From contig CM082587.2 in the NCBI GenBank assembly GCA_040954595.2, forward strand, positions 4,792,093-4,856,092: a stretch of 64,000 nt of DNA, read 5' to 3'. Positions 43,501 to 58,900 of the stretch are shown here, in pieces. A program made the translations under genes and the position numbers. A model generated the notes under the pieces. That model saw nothing but the letters and a program-made list of their open reading frames with translations. It was not told where the DNA came from and did not search any database. The stretch comes from Balanoglossus misakiensis. Its lineage: Eukaryota > Animalia > Hemichordata. Positions within the stretch are counted from its first letter, which is position 1. The number at the start of each line of letters is the position of its first letter.

Positions 43501-45734
43501 AATACACCAGGCATACTCGCCGTCAAAGTGTACTTGCCTCACAAGAGGAGGGTTAAATCATTCGCTCTTTACAACAACCTAAAGTAAAAGAAAATCAACA
43601 AAAAATGTCCACGGTCCCAGTTTCCCCCTTTGCATCCGCCGCGCCCGGCCGACACCTGTTCAACATTACGCCGGTCATTTGTAACCGCTTGAAATGCAAA
43701 CTACCTTTTAGCATCACAACTTCAGGAAATTCCGAATAAATAGCTCTCCTCGGCCGCGTCTTGTATGCGCAAATGGGACCGCCACCAACGTGCCAAAAAT
43801 AATGCAGGAATTAAAACACGTATTTCTGATTTACTATTTGCGCCTGGCTGTTACATCACGAACGAGTTTTCTCTCCTCAGTATGCAAATCAGGTGGAACG
43901 AACCATTTAGAAGTTTGGACGGGTAAAGTGCGTTGATTTGAAAACCAAAGCGTCGTATCCATGATGCAGATGGGTGATTTGTTAAACGACTCGCTAACAT
44001 GACTTAAGGCATCTAACATTTTCTCTATATTTTGAACACAGAGCAAGCTCGTTGGTACTGTAACAGACATTGTTTTATCTGGTTTCCCCTCTTATCAGAC
44101 ATTATTCCCCGGGGCGTGAAATATGACTTCACTAAAAACCAGTCGAGCCGGGGTGATAATTAAAGCCTTTTCGTCAGAACATGGACGCAGGATGGTCAGA
44201 GAACAATTGGCGAAAAGCTGACATCGTCTGCGTCTTTTCAATCGGGAATAAAAAAAATTAAAAGAAGTTTCAAGTGCCGAGTAAGGAGCTAAAAAAGCTA
44301 TTCAATTGAAGTTGCGGTCAAAAGAATTTTTTCCAGTGAAACTTAAGCTGCCGGCGCTGGAAACAGCGTAGAAATCTCGAGGAGTTAGGGAACCCGCTCA
44401 AGAGTGCCGGATTACTGCTTGAAGTGGATGTGATCATTATGAACTCCCCGTAATGCCATTAAAATCTCCGAATCTTCAATGGGGACGCAATTTAAGGTCA
44501 CGGGTCATAAATTTAGAAAAAAAACTACGAGGATTTTGTGCGACTGTGTTGCTGTTTCCAATAGGAACTATGGGTTGTGTTGGGGTGGTCGTCTGCTCTG
44601 AGAAGCATAAGGACTGGCCATTTTTGTCGGATTGTATAAATAAGGCGAGGGGTATGCCTTACAGTTTTATCAATAGTGATGTCACCGTATGCAAATGCAA
44701 ACATAAACGAAACCCGGCCGGTGAAGTTTAGCCCTGTATGATTTTGTCTCGTTTCTATCCTTGTGTTGTTTTTTCTGGTGAACGATTAGCTTGTGCGCGT
44801 TTAGTTTTTTTTTTTTTTGTCGGTTACTCTTACCGAACTACCGATATTTTTTAACGGGAGACCACAAATTCAGATTCGCGTCGCGTAAACATTGGTAAGT
44901 CTCTCTAATAAAACACTCTGTGCTGGATAAATTAGCACTAAGAGGTTTTTCGCACTGGAAGCGGTTATTTTTGCGGATTCGTTCGGTTTACCGTCGTCGC
45001 GAAACACTTTCCGAATCGTCGCCTGCAGTGTGTATGAATCGTTCGGTCCAACGTGATCACACAATAACTGTTTAGGGTTATGAATATTAATTGCGTGTGT
45101 GGGGTGCTGGACGTATTGTATGTGTGGCGTTGAATGATTGATGTTTGTATACGTCTGAGGCAGGCAACCAACACCAATAGGGGCTTCCCTGTATAACATC
45201 TGGCGGTAGATGACCGAGCGCAGTTTCCTACTGGACGGCGACGAACACGAAGCAGCAGCCTTTCGGAGACGCCGGGCTTTCATTGTGTGGCTGTCACTGA
45301 ATGCAGCAGGCAGATTCCTGAGGACGCGTCTGAGACCAAGTAGGCGAGACAGTGCTTGAGTCACCGGCTGCAGTCAAGCTGCGACCACTCTGCTGACGGA
45401 GGCCCCGGGTTCACTTATGCATATACACTATACGCACAGGCATCCGTGAACTGAGTTGACTTTCGCAGTATACACTCAACGTGCACGTGAACACTGCTCC
45501 ACCGTCCCCGTTTAGGGACATCGCTGGACTGAACCTGGTTTGTTTTTCTTCACTTAGTCACAGCGGCGGTGACTTCCTGTACTTTGAGACTACAAGCCCC
45601 TTGTGATATATGGAGTGCGAAGCCTAGGCGATAATTCGAGGGACTCACTTCACAATTTCAGCCGAGGGACATCAATGAGAGAGAACGCTAACCGTCCGCG
45701 AGCCTCTGTCTACGTATCAAGCCCATTCGGAACC

Positions 45735-45826
45735 ATGTCAACTGTGTATTTCGTAGCGTTTGTGGTGTGCCTGCTTTTCTTCGTGGAACACGGCGATGCG
45801 TCGGCGGACTATTTGCACCGCGCCGG
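45735..45826 (+). CDS. Probable first coding exon (signal peptide) of an unidentified secreted or membrane protein with a very long first intron
   Basis: ACCATG context, translation MSTVYFVAFVVCLLFFVEHGDASADYLHRAG and a strong phase-2 donor GG|GTAAGT at 45827. CCAAT and a TATA-like GTATAA at ~45174-45196 precede a GC-rich leader. Confidence 0.6.
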
Positions 45827-48800
45827 GTAAGTGCAACGTTCAATATTTCCCCCTACTTTGTCAGCGATCTTGTTCCCAACATTCTTTGCTGTTCGTAACA
45901 AAGTACTTGCGGGGCCGGCCAAATTGTGTGCATGGCTCTGCGTGTAAAATACTCTCTCCCTCTCTCTCGTTCGCTGAAGTGATCTGCCCTGTCACTGCAG
46001 TGCCGAGATATTAAAAAAAGTCAACCCCCTTCACTTGTCTGTGTAGAGGTTTTGAATTTGTGAGACGGAATGTATATACCCCTAATTGATGTGTAATCAC
46101 ATTAAAACAAGTCTCTCGACGGTTTAAATGGCTTCGACGTTGATTGATTGGAGGGGATTTCGGGTCACATGCCAAGATTGTCAAGTCGAAGTTTGTGAAA
46201 GGTTGCCGTGCTCTTTCTATTCTGTCCGACATTTTCGGTGGTTGAAAAATAGGGGCATTTGCGAGTAGAAGCAAACGGAGATAAAGCGCTTGGTCGCCAT
46301 CGTCTGGTCGACGGCTGGATGTGTAGATTCTCGACATACTTCTAATAGAGTGATATACAGTATTTACACATGAGCACATACTCGTAGTGACTGATTTCAG
46401 GGCACCACGGCAGAAAAGCACTTCCAGCTGTGCGTCTGCGTGACCTTCAACTACACAGGGCTCGCGTTTTCACTCGGTTCCCCCGCGCAAACAGTGCGGG
46501 ATATACGCGCCGCGAGAAACTTTGCGATCCGATGTTGCGTGGTGGTGGCCTATACCCTGGTTCCTTTTGTTGTTGTTTCCTTTACCCTCGGATTCTTGGG
46601 TTGTGGGAGGGGGGAGTGAAAGTTCGCTTTTGTGATGACAGTCGGCAGATGTGGTGGTCGGTGCAGTGTATCGCAGCCATTAATTATATCGTCAAACCGA
46701 GTTTTATACAGTCAGAGCACCAGTCGCCTCTGTCTGTATGGATTCCATTTACTCGTGGTATATGTATGTATACAGTGCCCCCCCCCCCCGTATGCCCCGC
46801 ATAAAAGTAACCCTTAGCGAGCTCATGCACGATAGGGACCGTTCCATTTCTCCCATGCTGGGAGGGGGGGGGGGAATAGCTGATCAGTCGGTTTCGAAGT
46901 CTTTTTCTGTCTAACTCTAAAAAAGTGTTGAAATGTGATCAGTTTACATGGTTTACGGTCGAGGCCCGGCGCTGACTTTTCCTCCTACGCACAACCTAAC
47001 TTGTCAACATGCCGAGCGTCTCGGCGAATCTCGTCGTAAAATGTCCTGTTGTTTGTGTTCAGTTGTGCCACATTGGTGTGCGTTTTGCCCCTGGGCTATA
47101 ATTTCACAGAGTTACGACTCCTTATAGCAGACTATGGTGCCACCCCTACCATGCAAATACCAATCCAATTTGCCTCGGTTCGTCAGTTCTATTTTCGCGA
47201 ACCGCTGAGACAAAATACAGAGAACGTGTTTTAGGTCCTTAAGTATCTCGATTTCTCTTAATCCCAATTTCCCCCAGACCCGTGATGTACTTTTTTGATT
47301 ACCCGTCCGTCTCGGCGCAACGCATACTGGGAAACTGTCTTCGGTGAAGTTAGATTCGGCGCTATGCCCCCGGGTATAAAAGCAAAGGGAAAAGTCAAAG
47401 CAATAGAGGTGTTACCCGTGAAACCTTGAGTCGGGATTTTTAGGGGATGGCTTGGTGTCTGATTTGTGCGATCAATACCCTTGTCGCCGGAAGAAATATG
47501 CTCAAGTGACTTTATTTTGAAACGATCTTAGCACAGGTGTGCATGCTACTGAGCCACTTAAAAGTTCAACATAATGAAAAAATCCAAGTGTGCGTGAACT
47601 CGGTTCTTTGTTTCAAATAGTTTTCACAAAATAACCGAGTCCAGCGATAATATTATGATTCTTGCAGTTTGTTTTTGGCGGGTGGGGGGGGGGGCATTGC
47701 GAAGAAATGACTTTTTCATTCCGTTCTTTTGGTGGGAAGTAAGTTGTACACAATGATGACTTTGCGTATTTTTAGCTGCCAGTTTTATAACAGTACTCAA
47801 CACTACCCCTAATCGCCAAATTTTTGGTAGAGTACCGCAACGGCCTACTTGAAAAAATATCAACCTCGATGTAAACGGCGCCGTGCTCAGGGGACACCCA
47901 AAAATGGACACTGCACGAACTTTTAAAAATCTCTTAGCATTTTCTGGCTTTACAGGCACTTTCCAATCAGCCGTCGGTTTCATCTTCCATTCTGGCACGC
48001 ATCCCATCTCAGAGAAAACCGAACGCGCGCGAGACACTTCAATTATTGCAGTTACCCGTGCCCGGAAAAAGAAAGAAAAAGTTCCTCGAGTGTGTTTCTT
48101 CTCGCCAGTTCTTTATCTTGGTAGTCTGATACGTATATGTGTTCCTTTTACATCGTCGCACGTCTGTAACAATGGATACATAAAAAATCGGCCCTCAGGG
48201 TGTCAAATATGCGAGTGCCTTTTAAAGCGACTCGTGTACATTTCAGAAGTAAATCTCAAAGATAACATGTCCATTTCGATCGGGCGTGAAGCAAAAGTTC
48301 AAAAGTTTCAAGTCTGAAAAGAAAGATTATGCGGGCAAAAATCAAATGAAATATATGTAGTTATTATGACATTGTGAAGTTGTTGTTGTTTATAATACGC
48401 GAGAGATGAAATTCTTCAACAAATAGTGGTATACATACAGCATTCGTGCAAGAAATAAGTACAAAAAAGTTCTAAAATGGTTTTGGTTGCAAGATATTTT
48501 TTTCTACCAGACATTGTCAAGGAAACAGAAACAGATCGCGCTAGTTTCTTCTTTGGTGTGACTGTGTCTGTGACGTCACTACGCACACTTATCGGCTTCC
48601 ACAGCTCGAGTCAGGCTACGGCAATAAACAAAAGACCAAATCGATCTCATACTTGTCGAAACACAGCATGTAACATAACGTGTCGAACGTATAGAACCTG
48701 TCAGTAGCCCTTTTTTTTATGTAATACTGTTTGTTGCTTGGTTGGGTGGGTGTTGTTGCTCAAGGCGCGAGCTGATTGTTGATTTTTTGTTGCCGAAAAA

Positions 48801-51800
48801 AAATGTTTTATTGGTCATAAAACCGAGCCTTTCAAAATCTGAGTAAATATAGCCGGTGTCGTAAATATCGCCTATTTTATTGCGACCTGAAAACAATGTC
48901 GAGGTTTTCCAGGCTGACTGGGAACATGGACACACACTCGCAGACTGAGGACAACGCTGTTAAACGCTGTGTGTGACATTGCAAGGCGTCCCAGGATCGA
49001 TGCTTTAGTAATTGATTTTGACAAGGGGAGCTTGTAAGCGTAGCACAGTTGGCGAGACGGAAACAACGTTGTCGTTGAGCTAAATAAAGATCGCGAACTC
49101 AAATTAAACAGCGTCCTCGTGGATTCGACATTGTTGAGAGACTTACTTCTCCCCGGCGAACAAAAACTGCGTCTCAGTTCCTTCGCGCCATGACCTTTTT
49201 TTCTCTCCAGCGACTAAACAGACGCGGTGACGGACCTCACACTACTGTCAGACTGAGAAAGCTATCTCTCAGCACACTTCGGCACAATCTTCTTAAAATG
49301 CGAGCTTTCAATACCCCCGCCGTTTATCTGCAAGAGCTTGTCCGCACCGATGATAAAACGTTCTATCTTTTACTTTCGCACGGGTTAAAAGATGATAAGT
49401 GCCCAATCGTTCTCCGGCGACCCGTTGCCAAAGTTGCCTTCTTTGTGTTCGTTATTCATTGCACCGGGGGAGTCGATAACCGCCATGCAAAGTCGCTCCG
49501 TCGCCATATTTGAAAGTTAGCCGTTTAACAAAATTCACTCAGTCGTCAGTGACTTAGAAGCTGCCTGTTCAAGTACATGGGCGATCTAATTTGAGGAAGT
49601 TAGAGTTCATTATCGTCCACTGGCAAGGTCGCGTGACCAGTTCGCTTCGACCAAAAAAAGACAACAGCGCTCCATCTGAACAAATAAAGGAAGCAACGCA
49701 CGGCAATGCGCGAGGAGTGAAAATGGCACATTACAAATCGCATTTTCATTGCTTGTTACGCCTTGATGAAGATAAAGCAAAGTTGAAATAGTGTCTAAGA
49801 AAGCGACTCGACTTATCTCTTGCCAGGTTCAAACACATAGACACCGTCGGATCGCCATTACTGTCAGATTAGGTTCAACTCATCTGAAAAGAAACATCCT
49901 TTTAACTAACATTATAGGGAGTCGGGGTTTTGGCGATTAGTGAAAGGAGTTTTTTTCTTGGCGCTTGTTCCTTGAGTGTAAAGATTTAGCCAAATTACTT
50001 TCGCAGATAGACGGACCATTAAAAAATTATCCATCATTATCCAGAGGTCAAACGCGCCTTTTCAGGATTACTCTTATAGTCTGGTATCTGGAAGGGCACA
50101 ATTTGCCGCTAATGAGCGAACCCATTCGCGGATCGCCGACGGTTTCTTTGTGTGTGTGGTTGTTTTTAGCTTGGCGGCGCTTCTCGTTAGTGTCGTCACA
50201 AATCAGAAAGGATATGCTTGGCAAGTACAAACTGTTTACGTATCCAGTAATTTTCTGAACCATCAGCGTTTTCTGGGGGAATAGCCGGCCGCGCTGCCAC
50301 ATGTCGTTTTGAAAGTGTGACACATGGAACGCCCCTGTCCGTACCCTTCAACTCAAAAATTCACCCCGGTGTTTATTGTGAGAAAAAGTGAATAAATAAC
50401 ACAGGAAGCAGCGAAAAATTCGGTATATTGATCGTGTTGTCACGCATCATACATGATGCCCCCCACTCTTTCCGACCGTTTCAACATCTGAAGATGCTGT
50501 CGTCACCTTGAAACGTTGCATTCACGTCTGCTTGCCGGCTCGGGCTAATTACGGGCTCTGGGTAAACCGAGCCACTTAAAGCGGCTCTGGCTGGAATTTT
50601 CGGTCGGACCGACGCAATTTAGATTGACTTTAAGCGAGATTGGAACAGATGTAGCATTATAAATATCCACCGAGACGGAATGATCGAAGTTCGCTTAATT
50701 TCACCCACAAAATGCGGTCATAATACACCTAAGCAGGCGTAACATTCACTGTTGCTGAATTTTCGCTTTCTCGCCCGACTCCCTAGCTCACCTGCGATTC
50801 CACTGCATCCAACCGGGTTCGTTTTCGCAATACCTTTTAAATGCATCTCTCAACCGGATTTCTGCTTTAATCTGCTACTTCACGATCAGTTAAACCTTTT
50901 TATTCCAAACCCTGTCGCGAGTCTGCGCTTCCACTCAGACGTAAAATGCCAGCCACTCGACGTAATCATGGCAATTGCAAGTACATGCAAAATGTCACGG
51001 ATGAGGTAAAACATATATTTCTGGAGGTCTCTGTTACACCTAACTTCGGAAGAGTTTTTTTGCGGTGAAACTCGATCGGGGGAGATATCACAAACGTTAC
51101 GGGTAATGTTTCTGTCTATCGAAGGACGGTCGTACCGAAAACCTAGAAATATACACACTCTGAACTCGGAAGGGCCCGTCGTCCGCTCGCGCGAGTCGTT
51201 AGCTAGACTACAGCAAAGAGACCTTGGCAGGCGAAGATGAGAAGAGCTATGGTTGTAGAGAAAGCAACGGATAGATCAAGGTTATACCTATTGCAAAAAC
51301 ATCTCTGTAAATGCCAGGGCAGTGTCAAAATTTACTTGAGTCCCGTCTGAGGCCACAAATGCTTTTGTCCCGGGCTCCTTAGTCTTAAAGACCCTATACC
51401 AACCTTGCACCCAATCAGAATGTGAAAAGTACCGCACTTTTAATCAATGGGCAAATTCTGATTTGCACGGTTTTTGTATATTTTTGTTGCAGTATTTTCC
51501 CAGGCGAATCGGAAATCCCTCTTCGCACTTTTACCGTTAAAAATCTCTCCCATTTGTTCGAAGTGTTGAAAGGCACGCCAATCAAGTCAAAATGGAAGTA
51601 AACCGTTTTGGTTGTTAAAAAGCAACTCTTTGATCGCCGGGTCAGTTTATCTCAGTCCATAAAAAACGAAGTCTGTGACCGGCGAGGTTATAAACACAAA
51701 ACAGGCTACGATTTCTTCATTCCCGTTCGCCTTCGGTAGTATTCCGCAAAGTTTACGCATAAGAGCGTTTTTCGGGGAGACTTAGAACGCACCGCCGGGG

Positions 51801-52869
51801 AGTGTTGGAAACAGAAGACGGTGAGAGAGTCCCCGGATGTATTGAGAAAATGTAGCCGCGCCAAATGATTCAGTGAACGACAACGGATAATGCACTTCTT
51901 GTTGTAACTTCAGAAGTGAACGGCTGCGGTGCCACGATGTTAAGTGTCAAAAATGCCAGTCTGCGTTACCCAAGTGCAGCTAACGTGCAATGTCATGAAT
52001 GATCCCCTCGAAAGACGCAAACATTCCAAAGGTGCATACGATATCAAGTGAATCGGGAACATATTTTGTTTCGTCTTAATTCTAGTAAAACACGGTCATA
52101 TCGAAAAATGTTCTAAAATACACACCAGGTGTCATTGCTTATTTTCATAGGAATATCAGACATCTTTTACCTGTCCAAAAACACTCCAAATAATGCATGG
52201 TAATACACATTGTACGTTTGTGGACCGTAAAATGTTTTGGCCCGGGGCATGTTTAGGCGTGGTCACGTTTCATTGAAGCGCACAAGTTCAACACAATACA
52301 AAGCTTGCCGAGTACAGCATTTGAAAGAGAACCGATATCTCACAAGGGGTGACGACGAAACAGTGAAATCAAGGTTGAACAAACTTCTCGGCAAATTTCT
52401 TGAGTATGGCGGGCCTTTTTTGTGACTCTAAATGCCTTAATTGATAAGTGTACCTCAGGGCGTGGTTGCATCTGGTACTTTCACAGATAAAGTGGTGTTG
52501 TGGTGAGTCCGTTTTCCTCCAGGAGGGGAGTAACGGGGCCGGATGCGTGGATTTGGAGAAATGACACACTTCCCCTCCGGTTCCACGAGACACTTGTGGC
52601 CGGCTATCTCTTATCTCCTAGACTTCGTAAAGGTATAGGGGCATATGGTAGAGATACGCCCGGCCTTTAAAAGTGGCTGATTTATGGAGTCCCTTGGTCT
52701 GTGCTGTTTTTATGGCTTTAATCGCCGACTCCTATACGCTGCATTTTCACGCCTCGGCTATTTATTCTCCATCACGGCAGTCTGTAGTCGTCCTATTTCA
52801 CTCCAGGTTTTTCCCCTTCCCATCTATACATGCACAGCCACCCAGAGTTGCTCAGTGTCGTAAAAAGGG

Positions 52870-52950
52870 CACCGCTATTTTACGGCAACGCTGGCCCGTA
52901 TCAGAAGAACACCGCTATTTTACGGCAACGCTGGCCCCGTATCGGAAGAA
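52870..52950 (+). repeat. 40-bp tandem duplication, two copies
   Basis: CACCGCTATTTTACGGCAACGCTGGCCCGTATCAGAAGAA repeated with one substitution and one indel. Confidence 0.9.
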
Positions 52951-55900
52951 TGAAATCGCTCTTTATTGCAAATATCATTGCCCACCAGACAGAAAGTGCG
53001 TCTGTACACGCATCGGAAGAACTTCTTCAACCGTAAAACTGTATGACAGGTCCCGGCAGTGATGAAAAACACATCAGGGGCATTCACGTCTGACAGATTT
53101 TTATCAACGAAAAGTGTAGAGTTGTTACACGCATCGAGTCTGAGTCAGAACACATCGCTTTGTGAGTAAAAAAAGTTCACTTGTGAAGTGATAAACGAAA
53201 TACCAAGGTTTGTTTTATATCAGTGATAGATAGAAGAGACAGTCAGACTGAATATACAGATGCAGCGGTTGCCTGGCAACTGAAAGTGTGCCCAAACCAC
53301 TGTATACACAGACTGCGCACAATTTACAACCTCCGACGCAGGCTCGTAAATGGGTCAAGTTTAGCAACTTGTATATCATTTTATGCGAGTTTCTTCAAGA
53401 GGTGAAGCGGGTTGTAAATACGGCGAGAATCTGTCAATATTGACAGCAAACAGCGTTTACGGGTCTCCGTGAACTTCTTCGCGAAAGAAAGCGGCGCACA
53501 GTGTGAGTAAGAATGATCAGACAAAAGATGTCGTTGAACTAACTGTCCCCGTAGGTGCGTGCTTGTATAGATGGGAAGCCATGTTTATTACATGCGTGCC
53601 TGTCTGTATTATTGCATGCACATGACTGTCCATGGTTGTACAGATCCCAAGGGAACTGTTTCTTGTGGGGGCGCGGTAATCACACACATACGCATATACA
53701 CACCCACACCACGCTACTGTGTTTATTTGTTACACTCTCGGGTAGAAAATTGTGTAACAGAGGGACACCTCATTAAAACGCAGATAACACCCCGTGATGC
53801 TGGCCTCGACAGAGAGGACACGGACTCGCTGACCTAGTATCTTGGCGATGTCGTGCTTTGATCTCGTTGGCTTCAGACTAAACAGACCCGAACATCTTTT
53901 ATTCGACTGAACCTGTTATTTACTCGGGGTCTTAAAATATATGTATCGTCGACTGTCACGTGTGCACGCCGGTGGCCATATGCGATTGCGAGCAGATCTC
54001 TCACCCGTGCCAGCCTTAGCCTAAGAGGAGGAAAATAATCCCGAGCAGACAAGCACTGTGGTTAAAAGGGCTTGATGCGAAACATTCAGAATGAGTTAAG
54101 GAATTCTTGGCTTTTAAAACCAAGGGTTCCTTAATAGTTAGCCGGTCGATCAACTGATTTCACGTGACATGTGAGTGTGTGTGTGACTGTACATGTGGTA
54201 ACACTTTGTTACTGTGCTCCCGGAACGCGTGTGGGCACCGTGTTCTCGTCCACACCTCAGCCTAATTGTTGCCAAAATGCATTCCACAATTAAGGCGAGA
54301 TAAAGCGAAATCGTGTTTTTTTTCCAACACGGAAAATGAAGGCAAACAGGGGGTGCCACTCACGACTTTACTTCCAAGCTCAATACATGTATTGGCCGTC
54401 CCCAATGTGCCGCACATTACTGCTACTTCGCCACCTGCAGAAGAATTCCAACAGTGAAACGAGAACAAAGACGCGATTCGTCTACTTGCGTACCCCCTTT
54501 TTTACAAACGTTTTGCAGGTCCTTTAGGAACTGACATACCGATACCATGCCAGAGCAGTTACGCAGCAAATATCTTCATTTCTCCACCGTCTTTGTTGAT
54601 AAAATTGCTCGGCGCGGGGGTCAAAAGGTTCGCCACCATTCTCTCTCGCTTGGTCTGATTTCACAACAAATATTAATTTACACATTCGATCATTTTCAGA
54701 AACGGTCTGACCTTAAGTCGGCGTAGCAAAGGTCATTTTCCGAGCGGAATAAAATCCCAGTCTTGATTACATAAACTCAGTGTTTCAGTAAGCAAGTGAC
54801 GTATTTTTTCAGACGAAGTTGTTGGCGTGTTTTCTTGCCTTGCAAGAGCCTGGAGCGTCGCGTCAACTTGTAAAATAACTGGTGTGGCATGGGCTTGAAA
54901 TGCCGTTATTTTTGTGTCATAGTTTGGGCCGCGATTGCCGTCAAAATCAATAGCTATTGTCCCACAGACGCAAGTGTCTGATTGGAAAGTGCTTTGTCCA
55001 ACCAAGGGGCCGTGTCAATGACCTGCCGTCCCTCGCCAGCTCCGGGACGATCCCCTAAACCGTTCCCTTTATAAGTGAGAAGGCAAAAAGCCTACACAAA
55101 TTCTTAATCATGCTGAATAAACGTCCCTGTACCAAGTCCATTTAAGTGTGCTGGCAAAACCTCTCGCCGACTCCAGAAGTCTTTCCAAGTATGATAAGGG
55201 CTAAATAGCCCGCTAATCTAAACCTTTTAAAGTCGGAACACAGACCCACGGGGAAATGCCAGTCCTCCATACACTCGTCTGTTTCCGGAATGGAAAAGTT
55301 TGTGTGCGTGCGTTCGACTTTGATTCTCCCAGCGCAGACTAGACCTGGTCCAGACGTATGTAACCACATGACATATTCGGACAAATATGCCTGCCTGTCA
55401 AAAAGCTATGTTCAGTTATCGGGGACGGTTTCCGACAAAAGCCAGGCCGAATGTGTTGGCTGTTGTCATTACTCACTAGAAAATGTTTTCTCGGCTGTGT
55501 CAAAGTTATATGTTTGAAGAGGGGGGGGGGGGGGCAGGAGGTGGAATCGAGAGGGGTGGTGTGGAGGTGTCAATCTAGAACATCAAACTTCAAATTAGTC
55601 GCGTTGAATTTGTTTTAGCCTTGGCAGATTTTAGGCGATCATGTTATAATATCAAACATGGTAGACATTACACGCATTGCTCTGTGATCAGAATGCACTA
55701 TTAGGTGACGAAATAATGAGGAGAGAAAAACTTTATCATATCAACATTTCAGGAATTGCCAAATAAACAATTACATGTATTACCGATTGCCTACGCCCCC
55801 AAATTAGGCTTGATGGCAGAAATATTTGACAGTATCGCTCAACAAGAACAGAGGAGCGTTCATTTTAATCCGCTCCACTGGTAGAAAAACGCACTCGCCG

Positions 55901-58900
55901 CGTGGTATACTGGGACCCACTTATACAACCATTACGCGATGGCAAAATATTGATACAAAAATAAAACAACTTATCAAAACTACTTTTACATGGTTGCAAA
56001 AAAGTACATTGCCTGCTCAAAAGGACCTCGATATGTATTATATTATCTTTGTAAGACTCCCTGATTTTAAAAAGTGACTTGTGACACACCATCGTTATTT
56101 ATGTCATCTATAATGTATTATTGACGATAGATTCCGGGAGATAAGTGCTGTTTGTTTCACAGAAGACAAGTAGACAGATAAACGAGTTTTTAAAATTAGG
56201 CGTGACTCGGGATCACCGGTGACACGTTCCTTCTGGCTTTCCCCCCCCCCCCTCTCGAAAAGAGAATCACCACCCTTCTCAACAGCGCCGTGTTTGGATA
56301 TTTGTTTAATCCCGTTGCGAACCTCCGGAGAAAACCAAACAAACAGGCCGCTTAGAACCCCGCTCGCTGCTAATGGAGGGTCTCGGTTTTTGCCCACGGC
56401 TACGGGCAACTGTGAAAACTTTGGCGAGATTGTTTGAAAAACAATGCCAAAAGTAACTGTGGCTATTCAAAATGACACGGCGCATACTGTCGTGTGAGGC
56501 CAAGTCAAGCACGAAAAATTAACCCCAACCGTTTGTTTGTGTATTTAATTTGAGCATGTTGAGAAGCAAGGGGTGTCCACTGACGGCATTTTCAATCAAT
56601 GGTAGAGCTTTTTCGCGTATCGCTTACAGGAGAGAAAAAATTGCTCTCGACTCTGGGTTTTTTTTTCCTTGCACGTCATTCTACGCGAGGAATTTTGGCG
56701 ATATTTTCATATGAAGCGGTGTCGTGCGGGTGCTTCTGATTGGCCAATTCCGTCGCCATTCTTCAGGCGAGTGCACAACAGGTGCATGAATGACGTAACC
56801 TGTGAGGCAGAGTATTCAGAGTAAAATGATGTAACATGTGAGAATGTGTCCGGGATACTTCATGTGCGTCACCATTTCTGGCAAAGCCAAAAACCTTTTG
56901 TTATGCAAGAATTCACGTGACATGCCAAATGTTTGGGACAAGAGTTGGGCACTGACCGGCGACGGCCGTACGACTCCCTATGTTACCGACTGTATTCCTT
57001 CCTTCATCGGCAAATTATACGAATGATAGATAGATCTCTCACCGCCACTTTCAACATGGCAGCAAGATAAATAATTTTTACACGAGTAAAAAAAACGCAA
57101 AACGCGGGCATGCATAATGTCACTGTCGAAATTATTCAAGAAGCACTTCGCCGAGAGCTGTCAATGCCCTGCACCAAGACCATCCATTTTGCATCGTTGA
57201 ACGGAACCATGTATTGGTTCAATCGATCATTCCTCAAGCGGCTACGTTTTAGTTCTCAGAAGAGAACGTTTTAAGCCAAGACGGACTTTTATTCAGTGGT
57301 TTATGTTCAAACCAAAAGTCCCCAGGAACATAACCTGTATGCAGTGGCGATAAAGAGAGCAAGGCAAGACGCCAACGTCTTAAAACAACTGGCCACCGTC
57401 ACGGAGAGGAGCGTCTTTTGCATTTGAAAGAAAAAAAATCATCCATGTCAACTTTAACTGGCTCGCTTTCAAACTGTCAACGTTGATCATTGTCAGTAAT
57501 TCTAGACACCAATTGCGCATGTCCGCCACATCTCCATAGAGCAGTGTGGTTAGACACTTCTGGCCGCGCCACGTCTTCTGAAGAGACGCGTGGCAATATT
57601 GACGCAAAATTTATAATTTCCATATTTTTTAGATCTCGGCCATGTTATCATGCTCGAACTTGACTTGGGTTGGATTTCTGGGGCGGGTCGCCAAATCCGA
57701 CACGGTCACTCAAAATTCACGCCAAGCATGATCGGCCGCGGCGATCATATGTGTTTACCAAGGGCGAATCTTGCCGTTTGGAGGCAGTTAAAATTGTGAA
57801 AGACAGTTATCCGTCACGCTTGCGGTTATCGTCCAATTTGAAATTTGCCATATGTTCACAGTGTGGAAAACAACACCAATGCATGGGCTATATGATATTG
57901 TTTCGCCCAAAACCGATAAAAAAATTCTGGTGCGCAGAATTGACAAAACTTGCCACGCAGTCATGCACTGACTTCCATCTATGAGCGTATTGTTTCCGTA
58001 AAATGTTATTGTTAGCATAAACAAATTGGAATGCCGAATTGTTTTTCGTCATGTGTGTCTTTGTTCGAGTACACATTGTATATTGCCTGGAACCATCTTC
58101 GATAATTTCGTTGCGCGTTTAATGAAATTCTAGCGAATGACAAGATATTCTTCAATTGACGGAGCTATTTTGAGCTGAATTGTGGGTGGCAAATAACGCG
58201 GATTCGGTTACCACCGATGATCTATCCTCCTTGAAAACATTCATCCTAGAACCCTCGAACTCTTAAAAATGGTTTCCAAGCGTTATTTATCTTACAGGGT
58301 GCAATCGTTTGGAATACCAGGCGACCGCGAAACATAATTTGTGCCCTCCGAAATTTCCCCGGTTATTTAACAGTTTGAAAGCGCAATTTATTCAGCGCAC
58401 GTATTTCAACTTCACTGTCAATTTACGTGCTGTTTTTGCTTGACACTAGGTCGCTCAACTATCCCGGCCATCGCCGACACATTCAGTGATCAATCTCCCC
58501 GCTAAGATAGATCACCGCCCCTTCCAGAGAGCAGATGCGTCCACCGTGTCACTGTAAACATCTGATGTGGCGGCTCGCCCGCCCGCCCATGGGTTGAAGC
58601 TCCGTGCGCGATATTCGCGGGCAACCCGACACTGATTCACAAACGCGTGGTATGTACAGATCTATCTCACAGGCTGTAGCGGACAGCGGTTTACAGAAAA
58701 AAAAGCTCGGCTACTTTACAACTTGTTTGTCCAACATGGGTGACGTATGACAGCAAGAGTCGAAATACACCTCCGAGACGCGACTGAAAAGAGCCGTTCT
58801 TTCGACCCTGTCACGCCTGCGCAAATTTCTCGTTTCTCTTCTGAATTTATTCCTTCTGCACGTCACGCATTTTTCGGCCAGCAATGCGCACTCTCAGGGA

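Noticed and set aside
44870-45364. 164-aa minus-strand ORF
   Set aside because: It is antisense to the putative promoter and leader of the 45.7-kb exon, has a non-ATG start and shows no recognisable protein features.
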